Positions 22,596 through 43,394 are shown, counted from the first letter of the stretch. The stretch: 64,000 nucleotides of DNA from Schmidtea polychroa (GCA_044892525.1 CM097885.1:40178001-40242000), one strand, 5' to 3'. Notes: generated by a model not told the origin, from the sequence alone. Made by a program: numbers and translations.

Positions 22596-25500
22596 TTAAT
22601 AACTTAGCATTATTTAACATTAACTAATTATTTTATAGTTGATAATATTATAGACAAATTTTAAATGAAAGATTAAATTACATTTATTATTATTATTATT
22701 ATTATTAAATAAATAATACATTTTCATTCAATAAATAATTATTTAACTTTTATTAGGCAAATTTTATCCTAAATATTGTAATTCGTCTATGGGTCATGAC
22801 AATAAATGCCACAAAAATATGAAGAAATATTATCGCCAACCTTTTAATGGCATCAACTTTTTTATTTGCCCCATATGCAAAACTTCCCAGAGTGTAAGGT
22901 ATAAGGAATTTTATAGTCAACATTCTCAGCACTTAAATTCTTTCAAAACAAATAAACAAGAACTGTTTAAAATAATAAATAAGAATAACATTGAAATTGT
23001 AAATATTTTAAATAATAACACAAAAAAGAAATCTAATAAAAGACCTGCTGAACATAGGGTGTCTAAAATTAAAAATAAAATTATAAAAACTGAAGTTATT
23101 GAGATCAGTGACGACGAAATTATTAAAAATGAAGTCATTCTACTCAGTGATGACGAATGTAATAATATTACATATACTATAAATCATGATATTATAAATG
23201 ATAATATTGATACTATAAATGCTATAAATGAAAATATAAATAATGATAATACTATAAATACTATAAATCAAATAGGTGGATCATCTTTAGCGATTGAGCC
23301 GATAATAGAATCAAATTTAAATGGCGCCATTCGAACTATTCGATTTAATATTGCCGATTCACAATTAATTAAAATTATAATAACGGATAAAATCACTGAA
23401 AAGTTAACATCTGAAATAAATAACATGGGTAGCGTCAAAATTCAATTCGCTATTCTTATAAGATTTGAAAAAGGTGGGGAAATCCGTGACAACTACTTTT
23501 CAAATAACGCCGAGATCTTTTCGGATAACTTTTTAATTGAGGGAGTTAATAAGTTAAACGAAAAAATTGAAAAGTTTACCTATTTAGGTAGTGGCTGGAG
23601 AGTAATTAATATCTTAGAGATTGATTTCATTCTGACTAAATTTGCTCCTATTTGTCGCCTATCTGGTCATAGTTACATTCGTACACCCGCAGATTTGAAA
23701 TCTAAAGGAGCAATTATTAATGTTAAAAATAAGGATCATAAGTGTTTCCTTTATAGTATTCTCGCGCTCTTGAAAAAAGATGAAATAAGTAGCCACCCTG
23801 AAAGAGTTTCAAAATATGAAAATCTTTTAAATATTCTTAATTACAATGAAGTCACGGATTGTCCGATGAAATTGTGTAATATACCTAAATTCGAAAAGAA
23901 AAATTTAGACTTAAATCTTGCCATAAATGTTCTGGCTTATACCCCTACTGTGATAGTTGATGATGATCAGGTTCCTAATGACTATGTTTTTAAACACCCC
24001 CACTTAAGTATAATTCACAGATCAACGGTTACTATCGGTACTCCAATTTATTTATTACTCTTGGAAAATAAGGATAATTATCATTACACCGCAGTGACCA
24101 ACATTACACGTTTAATGAACTGCCATCGTAATAATGACTGTAGTATTCAAATAAGATGCAAATGGTGCCCACATTGTCTTAACGGTTTTCGATTAGACAA
24201 TGCTTTCACTAAACATGTGGCCCTATGCAGTAAAAATCAAACGGGTACAACCCTTTACACTTTACCCGAAAATAAATATTTAGAGTTTCAAAATCATTCA
24301 AAGAGAATCACCCCACCCTTTGTTATTTATGCCGATTTTGAATCGGTTTTACCTAAAGATGTTAAACATCATCAAATACATTTACCTATTTCAGCAGGTC
24401 TTTTATTAATAAATAATCTTAACAATAGAAAATCGTATTACGAGTTTTATGGTCTTGATTGTATACCTCAATTTCTTAAAAAAGTAGAGGAAATTGCTGT
24501 CACAATTGTCCTACTTTATTATGAGCTTGAAGGGAAAAAACGGTTAGGACCTATGACTTTTGCTGAGGAACGACAATTCAAATCTTGTAGGAACTGCTAT
24601 CTTTGCAAGAAGGTTTTATCCCTTGCTGTTCGAGATCATGACCATTTTACTGGTAATTATCTCGGTGCAGCCTGTAGGAAATGTAATATGGCTCGCAGAA
24701 TTTATAAACAGCTGCCGATTGTATTTCATAATTTACGAGGCTACGACTTACACCATATTTTAAAATATGGTCTCAATGGCTTTCCTTCTTGGAATTTGAA
24801 TATAATACCCACAAGCACAGAGAAATTTATCTCGATGATTGTTCACATTAAAAAATTAGCTGTTCGTTTTATCGACAGCATACAATTTGTTAATTGTTCT
24901 TTGGCTAAGGCTGTAAAAACTCTAACTGATCTTCCTTTGACTTCGTCGGTTTTTGATAGGTTAATAATAGATGCTAAAGCCATATTTCCTTATGATTATG
25001 CGACTGATTTGGATGTACTTGAAACCACTTATGAATTGCCTCCTATTTGGTCTGGTGTTACTGAAGATGAGTATGCTAAGGCTCAACTTATTTGGACTCA
25101 ACAACGTTGTACTAAATTGGCTGACTATATGTTAACTTATCAAAAATTGGATGTATTACTCCTTGCGGACTATTTCCAACAATTTCGTGCCAAGGCCATT
25201 GCATACAATGGTCTAGAACCTCTAAACTTTTATGGTATTCCGGGTATGTCATGGGCCTCAGCGCTTATGACATTAACTGAGCCTATAGAACTTTTACAGG
25301 ACATGGAAATGTTCAATTTTTACGAAGGAGGAATACGTGGTGGGTTAACATTTGTTAACAAACATTACGTTGCTGCTTCTGATAATACAGAATTATTATA
25401 TATTGATATAAATAATCTGTATGGTTGGGCTCTTAGCCAAAATCTTCCTTTTGCTGATTTCACTTGGGTGTATGATGGATTGAATGATGTATTGCTTGAG

Positions 25501-26691
25501 TGCATGAATGCTGACATTGAAATCCTTCCCTATGGTTATACCATAGAAGTGGATATAGATATTCCAGAAATTTTTCATGATTTCTTAAATGACTTTCCTC
25601 TTGCTCCTGAGAAAATGTGCCCACCTGGTTCGAAAGTTGAGAAGTTGATGCTCACGCATTGGCCAAAGAAGAACCATGTTCTTCATTGGAGGCTTCTCAA
25701 GCTTTATTTGTCTCTTGGTGCCAAAGTTGTACACATCCATAGAGCTACAAAATTCAAGCAAGCACCGATTTTTAAAAATTATATAAATAAAAATACACAG
25801 CTAAGAGCTGAAGCAAGCAGTGAACTGTACAGAGATTTATTCAAATTGTATAATAATAGCTTGTACGGTAAATCCGTTGAAAACCTTAAGAAGAGATTAA
25901 ATTTACGACTATGTAATTCCGCGGAAAAATTAATTACATATTCATCAAAACCATCATTTAGAAAAACCATCAAAATTGATGATGATCTTTTTGGTGTACA
26001 TCTCAATAAGGAGTCTATATGTTTGGATAGACCCAGCTACATCGGACAATCAGTGCTGGATTTATCCAAACTAAGGATGTATCAATTACAGTACATAGAA
26101 TTATCAAAATATAGGAGTCAGTTTAACTGTGATATAAATATAGTTGCGGGTGATACCGATAGTTTCTTCTTAGAGGTCAAAAATGTAAAGCTTGACGTTC
26201 TTTTGCCAGCGATGATTTCGGATGACTTGTTAGACACCTCAAATTATGATCCCTCTCATCCTTTATATTCTAGGAGACTCGACTCAGTTATAGGAAAGTT
26301 TAAGGATGAGAGTAAGGGTGTAGGATATAGTGAGTGGGTTTTCTTGCGACCAAAGTGCTACAGTCTTTTAGGAAATAAATCTACTATGAGAGCTAAGGGC
26401 GTAAAATTACCAGGTACAGATATAAAACATCAATCTTATTTAGACTGTTACAACAACAACACAGTTATTTCTGTACCTCAGACTAGAATAGGAACCCGAA
26501 ATCATCAGCTTTTTACCTTTAAAAACTCAAAGATTGCTTTAACTAATCATGATGATAAAAGAGCTTGGGTAGAGAAAAACTCTAGTTTTGCATATGGTCA
26601 TTATTTAGGGGTTGATGTCATTGATAATGACGATAATGATATTCAATCAGGAGCAGATCCCGATCTCATCAATCAACATCTACAAGATTAA
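21879..26691 (+). CDS. Protein-primed family B DNA polymerase; 5 exons (21879-21924, 21976-22038, 22095-22169, 22216-22341, 22757-26691)
   Basis: YADFES, FHNLRGYD, DINNLYG, KLYNNSLYGK, GDTDS; EndoVII-like CxxC..DHDH..CxxCN insert; four phase-1 introns add 114 aa in frame. Confidence 0.93.
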
Positions 26692-27049
26692 TTTAATTCT
26701 GTGATCGGACTTGTTTGAATTTTTGTAAAATAGAAATTATTGTAAAGTCTCTTTTTCGTTTTATAATTATCGGTTTTCTTTTTTTTTTTTTTTAATAATT
26801 TGATGTGTAAAAGTATTTTATTAGAATGTAGTTTGTTAATAAAAATAATAATAAAAATAATAATACTTACTATATTGTGCACAAACATTATATCTTCAAA
26901 TATATAACCATTGGATAGAGCTCTTCAAGACCTTTTTAATGAACCATTATTCAATAAAATCTATCGAAGATAATCCTTAAAATTACCATTATTGATTTTA
27001 AATTATTTTCTTGTTTAATAAATGAGTTGTTTTAATGTATCTCTTATAA

Positions 27050-27607
27050 ATGTGTGCAGAATATAAGTATTTTCATAAATTTATTAAGAAATTACTGATG
27101 ACCACGAGATCATTCAAGTTTTTAAACTGCACCGTTGAAGATTTTATGAACAATTATGATACTCTCACTGAAAAGGAAACCATAAAAATTTTAGAAATTT
27201 TCAAACATTCCTCCATTGGATATTTGATTGATTTATTTAATTACAATAAATGCATTTTGAAGTTATCGATTTATTTGATGCATTTAGACAAAGCAATAGT
27301 AGATAATGATTCATTGAATGAATGCTTTTGGAATTGTATGGATTTAAGGCTGGAACCAGGATATAGTAGTAGATTGATTTATGAATGGATATCGAAATCC
27401 GAATTGATTGAAAATAAGCTAAGGAAAAAACTCAATGATGGTAGGAAAATGTATTTAACTTGTTACATTTGTAAAGAAAATCAAGTATCGGTTTTGTTTT
27501 TACCTTGCGGACATGTAATTGTATGTTCTAAATGCCATGATTCAAATGTTCGCAAATGTAAAGCATGTTCAATGTATATTAATGAGTATCATACTATATA
27601 CATTTAA
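27050..27607 (+). CDS. C-terminal C3HC4 RING finger protein (IAP/MDM2-like RING; putative E3 ligase)
   Basis: CYICKENQVSVLFLPCGHVIVCSKC..CKAC. Confidence 0.8.
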   Translation: MCAEYKYFHKFIKKLLMTTRSFKFLNCTVEDFMNNYDTLTEKETIKILEIFKHSSIGYLIDLFNYNKCILKLSIYLMHLDKAIVDNDSLNECFWNCMDLRLEPGYSSRLIYEWISKSELIENKLRKKLNDGRKMYLTCYICKENQVSVLFLPCGHVIVCSKCHDSNVRKCKACSMYINEYHTIYI

Positions 27608-27645
27608 TAAACATTTATTTCTTTACCTTTGTTATTAATACTCAA

Positions 27646-28706
27646 AATAATATTCAAACTAAACCAAATTTACAAACTACCGCGCCAGCCCCTTCGGGGC
27701 GGGCGGCGGACGGCGGGCGGGCGGGCGAACGGCTGTTGTGTATGTCGATGATTTTAATTTTTATTAAATTCATTTGTTTGATTTCAAAATTAGATTTGTG
27801 TGACGAACCTTGTTAAATTTTTGGTTTGATGTATTCGAGGAAAAAAAAAAAAAATTGTAAAACATTCTTTTACTATTTAGTTGGAAAATTTGGGAAAATA
27901 GTTTTGAAAACTTTTTAAAATTTGAAAAATTTTGAGTTGGGAAATTTGGGGAATTTCATTTTTGGGACTTTTTAATTTTTGAAAAAATTTGAGTTGGGAA
28001 AATTGTTTTTGGGAATTTTTAAAATTTGGGAAATTTTTGAGTTGGGAAATTTATTTTGGGGATTGAAAGATTTGTTGAAATGATCAATTTACAGTTTGAA
28101 TAAAAATCAAAGTTTTTGACACTTGAGGGTAAGGACTCACCATACATCTTTGAAGGTTTGACCATCACACTCTACTCTCAAATACCTTTTGAATGATGTA
28201 TATATATATTATAAAGTTTGAAAAAATTCGAAATTTTTTGACCCTTTGAAGGTGAAGGACTCACCATACACCTTTGATTGTATGACCATCATACTCACAT
28301 CTCAATTACCTTTTGAATGACATGTATTATAGAGTTTGAAAAAATTCGAGGGTTTTGCACCTTTTGAAGGTTAGGGATTCACCATACACCTTTGAAGGTA
28401 TGATCATTGTACTCTACTCTCAAATATCTTTTGAATGATGTATATATTATAGGGATACATGTTAAAAATAACTTGACCTACATATTTTTTATAAACTATA
28501 TAGTCGTGACCTACTTAATTTGACTTATTTATTTATATAGTGTCCTGGAGGTAACATATATTTAAAGTAACTTGACCTACATATTTTAATACCTATATAG
28601 TCGTGACCTACATAATTTTAACTTGATCTACTTAATTTTAACTTGACCTACTTATATATATGTGTCCTGGAGGTGACATGTCCTGGAGGTGACACATCTT
28701 ACTACT
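27646..28706 (-). repeat. Right TIR of Polinton
   Basis: Reverse complement of 12510-13569. Confidence 0.95.
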
Positions 28707-29390
28707 ACCCACTCATCCTGGCTATGATTAAAAAAGGTTTTTTTCACTGTAAATCACTATTTTTTCAAATGTTTCAAATTATTCATTTTCTTTAAAGTCT
28801 TTCTCAAAAATTTTCGTAATGATTCGTATAGTACTTCAGTATTTAGTGATGCGTCTGAATATGGGTGAGCTCCAACAACACTAAAGCATTTTGAAATATA
28901 TTCTTTTAATCTATTCAAAGATTTCTTTAATCCATATAAGAAGGGATCTTTACATTTCCTTGTTTTGTTTGCAAATTTTTATCTTCCAATTCTTGAGTGA
29001 CATAGCCAACATATTTCTCATTGTAGGAGACTTGAAATGACCTTCTCGATCCAACATCGATGCTTTGTAGCTAATTTTAAATAAACATTATATAGAGCGT
29101 CATATTTATCTTTTAATTCATTCACAACCTTGACATGAACTGGATAACTGTCCAGAATGAGAAGCAATGCTTGCTTCAAGAGTTCTGTTTGATGAAGTTT
29201 CAAAATGACAGTTTCCAAATAAGATTTTAAAACAGCCTCTGACCACTTTCTGATCTGATTGGTAGAGAGTTCAGAAACTATTAAAAATATAGCCGATTAT
29301 CTTTTTATTTTCATAAAGACTCCAATCGAGAAGTATGTTTGCGCATTCTGCTCACGGGAGAGGATGTAAGGCTCGATATTTTCAATTAAA
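28707..29390 (-). pseudogene. Decayed reading frame split by the Polinton; continues at 12503-12150
   Basis: One frame with scattered stops reads through the empty site: ...FNHSQDEW|VFSEKLKSIW... Confidence 0.5.
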
Positions 29391-29464
29391 TAAAAAATTA
29401 TGTAAAAATAAATTTTATAAACTAAATTAGCAACATCAAATTACCACAATGAAATAATTCTTAC

Positions 29465-35931
<6,467 letters not shown>

Positions 35932-37329
35932 CTAAAATTAATTAAAATAAACCCATCAAGTTTTCTGATTAATTATTCATGAATTTGTTGTCGGTTGGTT
36001 TAATTCAACCATAAAACAACAAAATTTCAAAACAATGGAAAATTTTAACGTAAATTTTTCAATATATTCGATTAAAATATCGATTTATAAACTTTTGTTT
36101 TAAACAGAGCGAATCATCTATTCAAAGTCTGGCCTCGTGTAGCTGGACAAACTATCAATAATAATATTATTAATAATGAATTGCAAAAAATATTTTTAAT
36201 CTTCGTATAAAGAATTTTATAAATTAATATTAAACTAGTTGTAACCCTTGAAAGTTCACGTTATGCATTGACATAATTTGTAAAAACAGTTCTACTGTAA
36301 TAGTATTGCTATACATAAGTGTTGTATTTAAATTTAAAACTTCAATGAGAAATTTTCGAAATATTTCAAGCCGTTTCATTTCATTTTTTTAGTAGAGAAA
36401 TTTTAATGAAATTTAAAATATTCTTTCGAATTCCACGCTAGTTGGGTTTAAATTAGGCGCCCCAATATCATATCATTAATAAACGGATATTTTTAAAAAT
36501 CTCTTATTCGTGGATTTTAATAACGATCAAGCAATTTTAAATGACGAATTCCTAATCTTAGATCATTCTGATTTATTTAAAAACATGTTAGATTGATATA
36601 TAAGAGCAAAGAAGTTATATCATTAGTCAATTTTCAAATTGTTGAATTTTTAAAAATTAATTTTTGTTACCAAAAAAATTTCTTCAAATAAAATTTTGAA
36701 GATTTAGGGCCCTGGGCCAGTGGCCCCTCTGGCCCCGCCTCTCCTAGGGCCTGTACATAACTATGTCAACGTTAACAAAGATTACGGACGGTTCCCTCAA
36801 AAAAGTTGTAAATTTAAATAGGCCTATCAAACTTACAAACCTTTGCACTTTTCATTATGTTGCATACTTTTATGCATTTGCAATGAGTGCTAATTTCAGA
36901 CTTACCGCATTTTATATGTTTTAGTGATTATTTATTCTATAATCCAAAAACTTAAAAGCTAATTAATTTCACATATTCAATGATTGTATGAGTCGATCTT
37001 AAATCAAACACAGAATTATTTTTTTCCAAAAACCTCAGAAATGATTTTTCATCAATTAATCCCCTCTCCAATTGAATAAAATAAGGAATTATTTGAAATT
37101 AAATAGAAAACAATTAACAACATTACTTTTAGAAAATGTGCTGGTAATAAAGTTAGCACCGGTTTTTACAGTGCGGAAAAATGAATGAAAAAGAAGTTAA
37201 ATGACGTTTTAAAAGGTTTTAGTATGATAATGAATCATGTTTATTTGCAAAGTCCCTTCTAGAAGACATAGTAGTTATTTATGGTTTACAGCACAGGACC
37301 TTTAAAGACTTACAATAACTTCTTAATTG

Positions 37330-37520
37330 CTTTGGTTTTGCGTAACAATACTGGAATAGTTTAAAGAATATCTTTGATTGGAATCACCAAGAAGTTGGCT
37401 CTTGCTTATTGTTTCTTCGCCAAAAAGTTCATTTAGATCGGAAAATGATTGTGCGATATTCGAACCCTTCTTTAAGTGGCAGAGCATAATATGGGGAATA
37501 TGAATATTGATTAATTCTGA
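37330..37520 (-). mobile_element. mariner transposase N-terminal HTH remnant
   Basis: HIMLCHLKKGSN.AQSF.DLNELFGEETIS. Confidence 0.6.
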
Positions 37521-37737
37521 CTGCCCGCATCTGTGTGCACATGTTTTTCTTGGTGACAGACGCAAGTAGTTGTGTTTGTAATTATGCATGGCTTTGATTG
37601 CTGACTTTTAATTTTCGATTCTTCTAGAATTTACTGGACTTTTCTTCTTTGGTTTTCTGGAATTTTGACTTATTGAAGTGGATTGTTAATAAAATTGAAT
37701 AATGACAGTATTTTTATTCGTAAGAATTTCTTTTCAG

Positions 37738-38700
37738 ATGTTTAGTTACAAAGAAAATTGGAAGAGATGCTGTCGCTTTGGCAATTGATAATGGATCGGA
37801 AATGTGCAAAGTTGGATTTAATGAAGATGATGCTCTAAGAGCTGTGCTTCGCTCAATTGTTGGTCGACCAAGGCATAAAGGAGATATGATTGGTATGATT
37901 CTAAAGGATAGCTATGTTGGTGATGATGCTCAGAATAAGAGCAGTATTTTAACTTGGAAATATCCAATTGAACACGGCATTGTTTGAAACTGGGATGATA
38001 TGATAAAGATCTGGCATCATAAATTTTACAATGAATCGAGATTTGCCCCAGAAGAGAATCCAGTTCTTCCTAATGAAATACCATTAAATTCAGAACCTTA
38101 AAGAGAAGAAATGACTCAATCTCCCTGCTATATGTTGCTATCCTAGCTGTTCTGTCGCTTTATGCTTCAAGAATAACTGCCATCAATGTTTTGGATCAGG
38201 CCTGCCCAAACAGGCGATCGCGATCTATCAGTTAATTGCGACACGAATTTCGGTCGATCGTTTACTACAAACTAAAAATCGTAAATTCTGAAAGATCCCA
38301 TTAATATATGATTTTTTTCTAATAATTTTTTGAAATTAATAATTAATTAATTAATTAATTATTTTTATTTGTTTGAATTTTTTTGTTATATTTTTATTCT
38401 TTTTGTTTATTTTTTCAATTTTAAAATGAAGTGAAATAAACTGAAGTTATACTAATTGAAAAACTAAATTATTTGAACATGGGTAATTCTCGAGGTAGTT
38501 GGATTAAAAAAAGTGGACCTTTAGTATAATAAGGTTGGAGAGGCCTGTTTTAGATTCAGGAGATGGCGGAACACATACTATATCAATTTATGGAGGTTAT
38601 GTGTTGCCTCATGCAATTTGCAGAATGGATTTGACAGATTATTTGATGAAAATTAAACAGATATTATTATCGACGCATTTTCACTAATTGAAAAAGGAAT
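37738..38700 (+). pseudogene. Actin pseudogene (N-terminal half, degenerate)
   Basis: [60 protein letters not shown]; stops and deletions. Confidence 0.9.
38197..38547. mobile_element. hAT MITE inserted in the actin pseudogene
   Basis: TIR caggcctgcccaa / ttggagaggcctg; 8-bp TSD ttttggat/ttttagat; splits VLD|SGDG. Confidence 0.75.
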
Positions 38701-41478
38701 TAATCAAAACGCTAAATTAACAAAGCCGCAACAATTATGCACAAACATAATAGGTACTTCTTTGGGATCGAAATAAAACATTCGCTAAAATTGATATGAT
38801 ATAAAATCTAAAAAATTTAACAAACAAGCAAATAAAGTTATAAATTTTTATTTATATTTTACATTTAAATAATGTCACCAGTTTTCTGGACAAATTTTAC
38901 ATTTACAATCATATACTACTATTAATTGAGAATTTCGCATCATTATTGAAATGGATTTACATATAAATATTATTTTGTATAGACTATCAAATCCCAATCC
39001 GGAACATCAAAAGAACCATTGGTTTCATACTGAAAAAATAGGAATTAGTTAAAATTTATTAATTTATTTTCTAAATGAAAATTTTATATAAATATGTAAT
39101 CAGTAAAATCTTTCATTTTTTCCCCATCAATACATTTTCATTTTCAATTTTATTTATTTTCATTTCTTTTCAGACTAAATGATTAAAATAAATATTGTGA
39201 TTTTATTTGAAAATTTTTAGAAAAGGCTTTTACCAAATTCTACTGGTTTTATTAAATCATTAGACTAAGAATAATTTTTTTAGATAATATTTCATTTATT
39301 TTCATTAAAACTATAGATCAAATGATATTAGATAAAGATAAAGGCGAAAATTTGTGCTCCGTATGATTAAATTTTTGATATTTTGTCATAATGAAAATAG
39401 ATGAAATATCATTCAAAGAAGAAAACAGATCAAAGGTGATAAAAAATAAAAGATTTTATTGATATCATGTTTATTATTATCTATTATTTTTGTTCAATTT
39501 TCTATTTTTGATTTCTTTTAACATTTCAATTATTTTCGCTGTGAATATAGATTAAAATTTGTTTTCATGCATAACAAAAATTTTCAACACTGTCTTGTTA
39601 TTTTATTTATAGTCGCAATGAAAATAAATGAAATGTTAGAAGAAACCTAAGCATTGCCTTATTTCTTTAACTCAATACTTCCCATGGTTGCTGTTAAACA
39701 ACTTTACATTAAAAACAAATTGTGGAAAAAAATACGGTGAATTTAATAATAGAATTTATACGAATTAAAAGTTAGTAATTTATCAAAAATCTTAACATTC
39801 ATTTATCAACTTTCAATTACGAAGTCTGTTTATACTAAGTTTCGCTATAACCGAATTTTGAGAAAAATTCAGTCTCTAAAAAAACATTCGATTTACGAAT
39901 TTTTGTTTAAATTAAAGGATTAAGTTAATCCTTAATTGCATTGTGTAGCAAATTTCCAGCATACCAGAATTTCACATTTAGATCGCCTAAAATAAATAAG
40001 AACTAACCATTTCATAGTGTTGCTTGTGAGTGTTGCTAAACTATTTTACGGATTTAGTTCATTTTACATTATATAATTTAATATATTCAATCAAAGAAAC
40101 GTTATTTTATTTTATTCAAAATAAATAAAAAAATCATGCAATTAATGGTTAATTAAATGTTTAATGTTCCTTGAATTATTAATGCAATGGACATTTTTTA
40201 TTGTTATGAATAAATAAAATACATACATATTATTTTATGAACTACGAATGTTTTCTTTTTAACTTATAAATTACCGTTTTTAATCAGAATTCTTGGTTTA
40301 TATTACCGATAATTAAAATAAAAATTCGCTTAACGAAATTTCGATTTACGTTCAATGTTTTGGGAACGAATTAATTCGTCAAGCGAAGGATTGGTGTATC
40401 TGTTTATTCAACTTTGCCGTTAAAACTACGGTTTTTAAAAAACGAATAGGTAATATTTCTGATGCATTATATTTATTTTTAATATTCTGTGACAGTCTGA
40501 TTAGCAGAATATTTTTCATTACAGAGTATGTTATATCTTTTGTCATTTGCAACTGCATCAAAGAATATCCATATGTTTTTTTTCTTTTGAACATTATAAA
40601 AATATATTGGTTGCTTTTTCTGCAATGATAAATTCCAAATTTCACCTCCAACTTGTTTTATATATTTTTTCTTTAAGACATGCATTATATCTCATTACAT
40701 ATCAGCAATGAAGATATATACTGCATTTTGTCATTTCAGAATTCTTCTAAGGAAATTAAAAATAAAAGAGGTAGACGTTTTCACGGAATTTGATGTCAGT
40801 GACCTGAACTATGTAGATGAAAATGAAGAAGAGCTAATGAATAAAATATTTGTTGAGATGGACATCTACTTTGAAGTTTTTGATCTTGAAGCATTTGTTG
40901 AAGATCAACTAATTCACGAGAATAAACCAATTCACGTGGATCTGGAAATTTCAATGGATCAGCTGTCTTATGACCATATGTGGCAGAATCATTTCATTTA
41001 TTATGACGCGACCAACTTTCGTTGTGATATACCAGGACAATTGAAACACCACTGACATACTTCAAGAAAATGTCTACTGGTGAGATCAATGGTCATATTG
41101 CCTTTTAAAGCAATTTATTTAACATCCAAGAACAAGGTTATCGGTGAGCACTGGTGATAACCTTTCTAGAAATGCATTTGATAACATTAATAATAACTTA
41201 CACTTCAACGATAATTCAGCAACACCTAACCCAAATTCCCAAACCTACAACAAGCTTTACAAAGTCCAGCCATTACTTGACATCTTCAATGGCAATCTAC
41301 AAAACATTACATTAGAGCCAACTGTTGGTGTGGATGAGCAGATGATCCCAATTCATGCACGATCACAATTACGCCAAAATTTGCCAGACAACCCCCACAA
41401 ATGAGTAATCAAGACGTGGGCGCTGTGTTGCGGAAATGGATTGCTCCATCACTGTATTATATATTCGGACAAAGAGAC

Positions 41479-43394
41479 TAGAGTTTGGCGAGTCGATTAA
41501 CCGATAACCGTCGGTTTTTAACCCCTGTTTTCGGTTTTTTCTTACTTTTCCTTATTTTTTGATATTTTAAAGTATTTAATAAATTTTCTCTGCAAGAAAA
41601 CTTCTTTTCAATGGAAAATAGAAATATTAAATTTTTTAAATTTTAAATCATTAATTATTAAAATATTTACAGTTTAATAATATCGTCATCAAATGTATGG
41701 AAATATACAGTAAAAAGAAAAAATCCACAAGCAAGAGAGTGTGAAGGTGTTTGTAACAATTGGAAGTTCTAAAACTTCGTTGAAAAACCATATTTTGAGG
41801 CACGGTATAAAAGTAGATTCCGAAGTATCAAACGACAATATGGGTACATCAACATCAAAGAAAGTCAAGACACTGGGCAGTTAATTTAAATTAGCATCAT
41901 TAATTGAACGAGTATTGGATATGGTCACAGATGGTGTTTCGATTCGAAGCATAACTAGAAACAAGACTTCGTAAATTAATGAAAGGTGGCAGAAAACTGC
42001 CGACTTGTGAAAGAGATGTAATGAGACTTATTTATGAAGACTTTGAAGAGAAAAAATTGGTAGTAATTAAAGATATTAAAAGTAAAGTTGATGATGGTGA
42101 AAAATTTAGCTGCACGTTCGATGAGTACTGAAATGTCAGACGAAGGCGATACATTGGAATTAATCTGCACTGTCGAAACGAGAAAAAGATCTAAAGTACC
42201 GGGTTAGTTAGGATCTTCGGAGCATGTTCAGCAGAGAAATTAATTGAAAAGATTGATGAACATTAAAGTTCACTCTGATTGTGTTTGAATCGAGATATTG
42301 TCGGTTCCACACATGATGACGTATCCGTCTTTACCTTCAACAAGAATAATCGAACAATACTGTCTTAATCACGCTATTAATTTAGGCGTAAGTGATGCTC
42401 TTTACAAAAAAAGCAAAGGAATCAGTACAAATTGAGGAAGAAAATGAGCAAGATTCTTAAGTGTACGAGTTTCTAAATGTTTGAACTAGGATATTATGAG
42501 TTTAACCCTTTAACCACTGACATAAAATTACGATGAAATTTTTTTCTCAACCAAACTGACCGTTACAAGCAAACCAGGTATTTGATCTTGTTCAAACCTG
42601 CAACTTGTGGTGGGGAGTTTTACAGACGAAAAACGGTCTTACTGGTTGGAACGCGAAAATGTTTTGATTTGAATGGAATGGGGTTTTTATGATGACAGTC
42701 TGTAAACGGTTTTAGTTTTTAAAGGGTTAACCTAAAGGGTTAAAATGCCTAAATGACTCAAGCTTAGTTCCTGGTTAAAACACATTTTCATTTGCATCAA
42801 AACTTGCAAATCGATTATATGGTGTTGATAGTTCAGAAGATATCTAACAAACTGATAATTTCGAGAAAAATTTGACACAAAATTTGTCTCTTCGAGAAGA
42901 ACTGCAATTTGTATTGAAGCAAATGAGTGAACCTGTCCCAATTAAATTAGATGAATCAAAATGGTTGAAGAAAGAATTCTCATTGTTCAGAAATACGGGA
43001 AAATGTACTGAAAATTTATAGAAATAATTTAATGCATTGTTGACAATTAAACCAACGTCCACTGATGTGTAGCGTGTTTTTTCAAACACAACTAGTTTTT
43101 GCACTCGTCTTCGCTCTCGCCTCTCAGATAAATCATTGAATGTCTTGATTTTTTTGAAAGCGTTTTATGGGAAAATGTAGAATTGAATTGAATAGAATTG
43201 AAGCAAATGCAATTAAATTGGAATCATTGGAAGTTTACTTTATGCTCTTTTCATTGAATAACTTATACTTATAATATCTTAATATCTTTAGACCGCTTAG
43301 TTTCCATTTATACAATAATATATTAAAAAATATAAAAAATCTTCTAAAAACCGAAAACCGCGGTTTTCAAAAAGACCGGTTTTTACAAACTCTA
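41479..43394 (+). mobile_element. Decayed hAT transposon
   Basis: TIR tagagtttg/caaactcta; flanking duplication caaagagac; BED-finger remnant, CLNHAINL and PTSTDV.RVFS..RSRLSD motifs. Confidence 0.8.
42506..42726. mobile_element. piggyBac MITE within the hAT element
   Basis: TTAA-ccctttaa ... ttaaaggg-TTAA. Confidence 0.7.

Larger units (their letters stand above)
12510..28706. mobile_element. Complete Polinton/Maverick (adintovirus-like endogenous virus), 16.2 kb
   Basis: AGTAGT...ACTACT termini; TSD ACCCAC at 12504-12509 and 28707-28712; ~1.06-kb near-identical TIRs; full core gene set. Confidence 0.97.

Noticed and set aside
28713..29390. In-frame stops as evidence of an alternative genetic code
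   Set aside because: All three stop types occur and neighbouring genes use the standard code; pseudogene decay is simpler.
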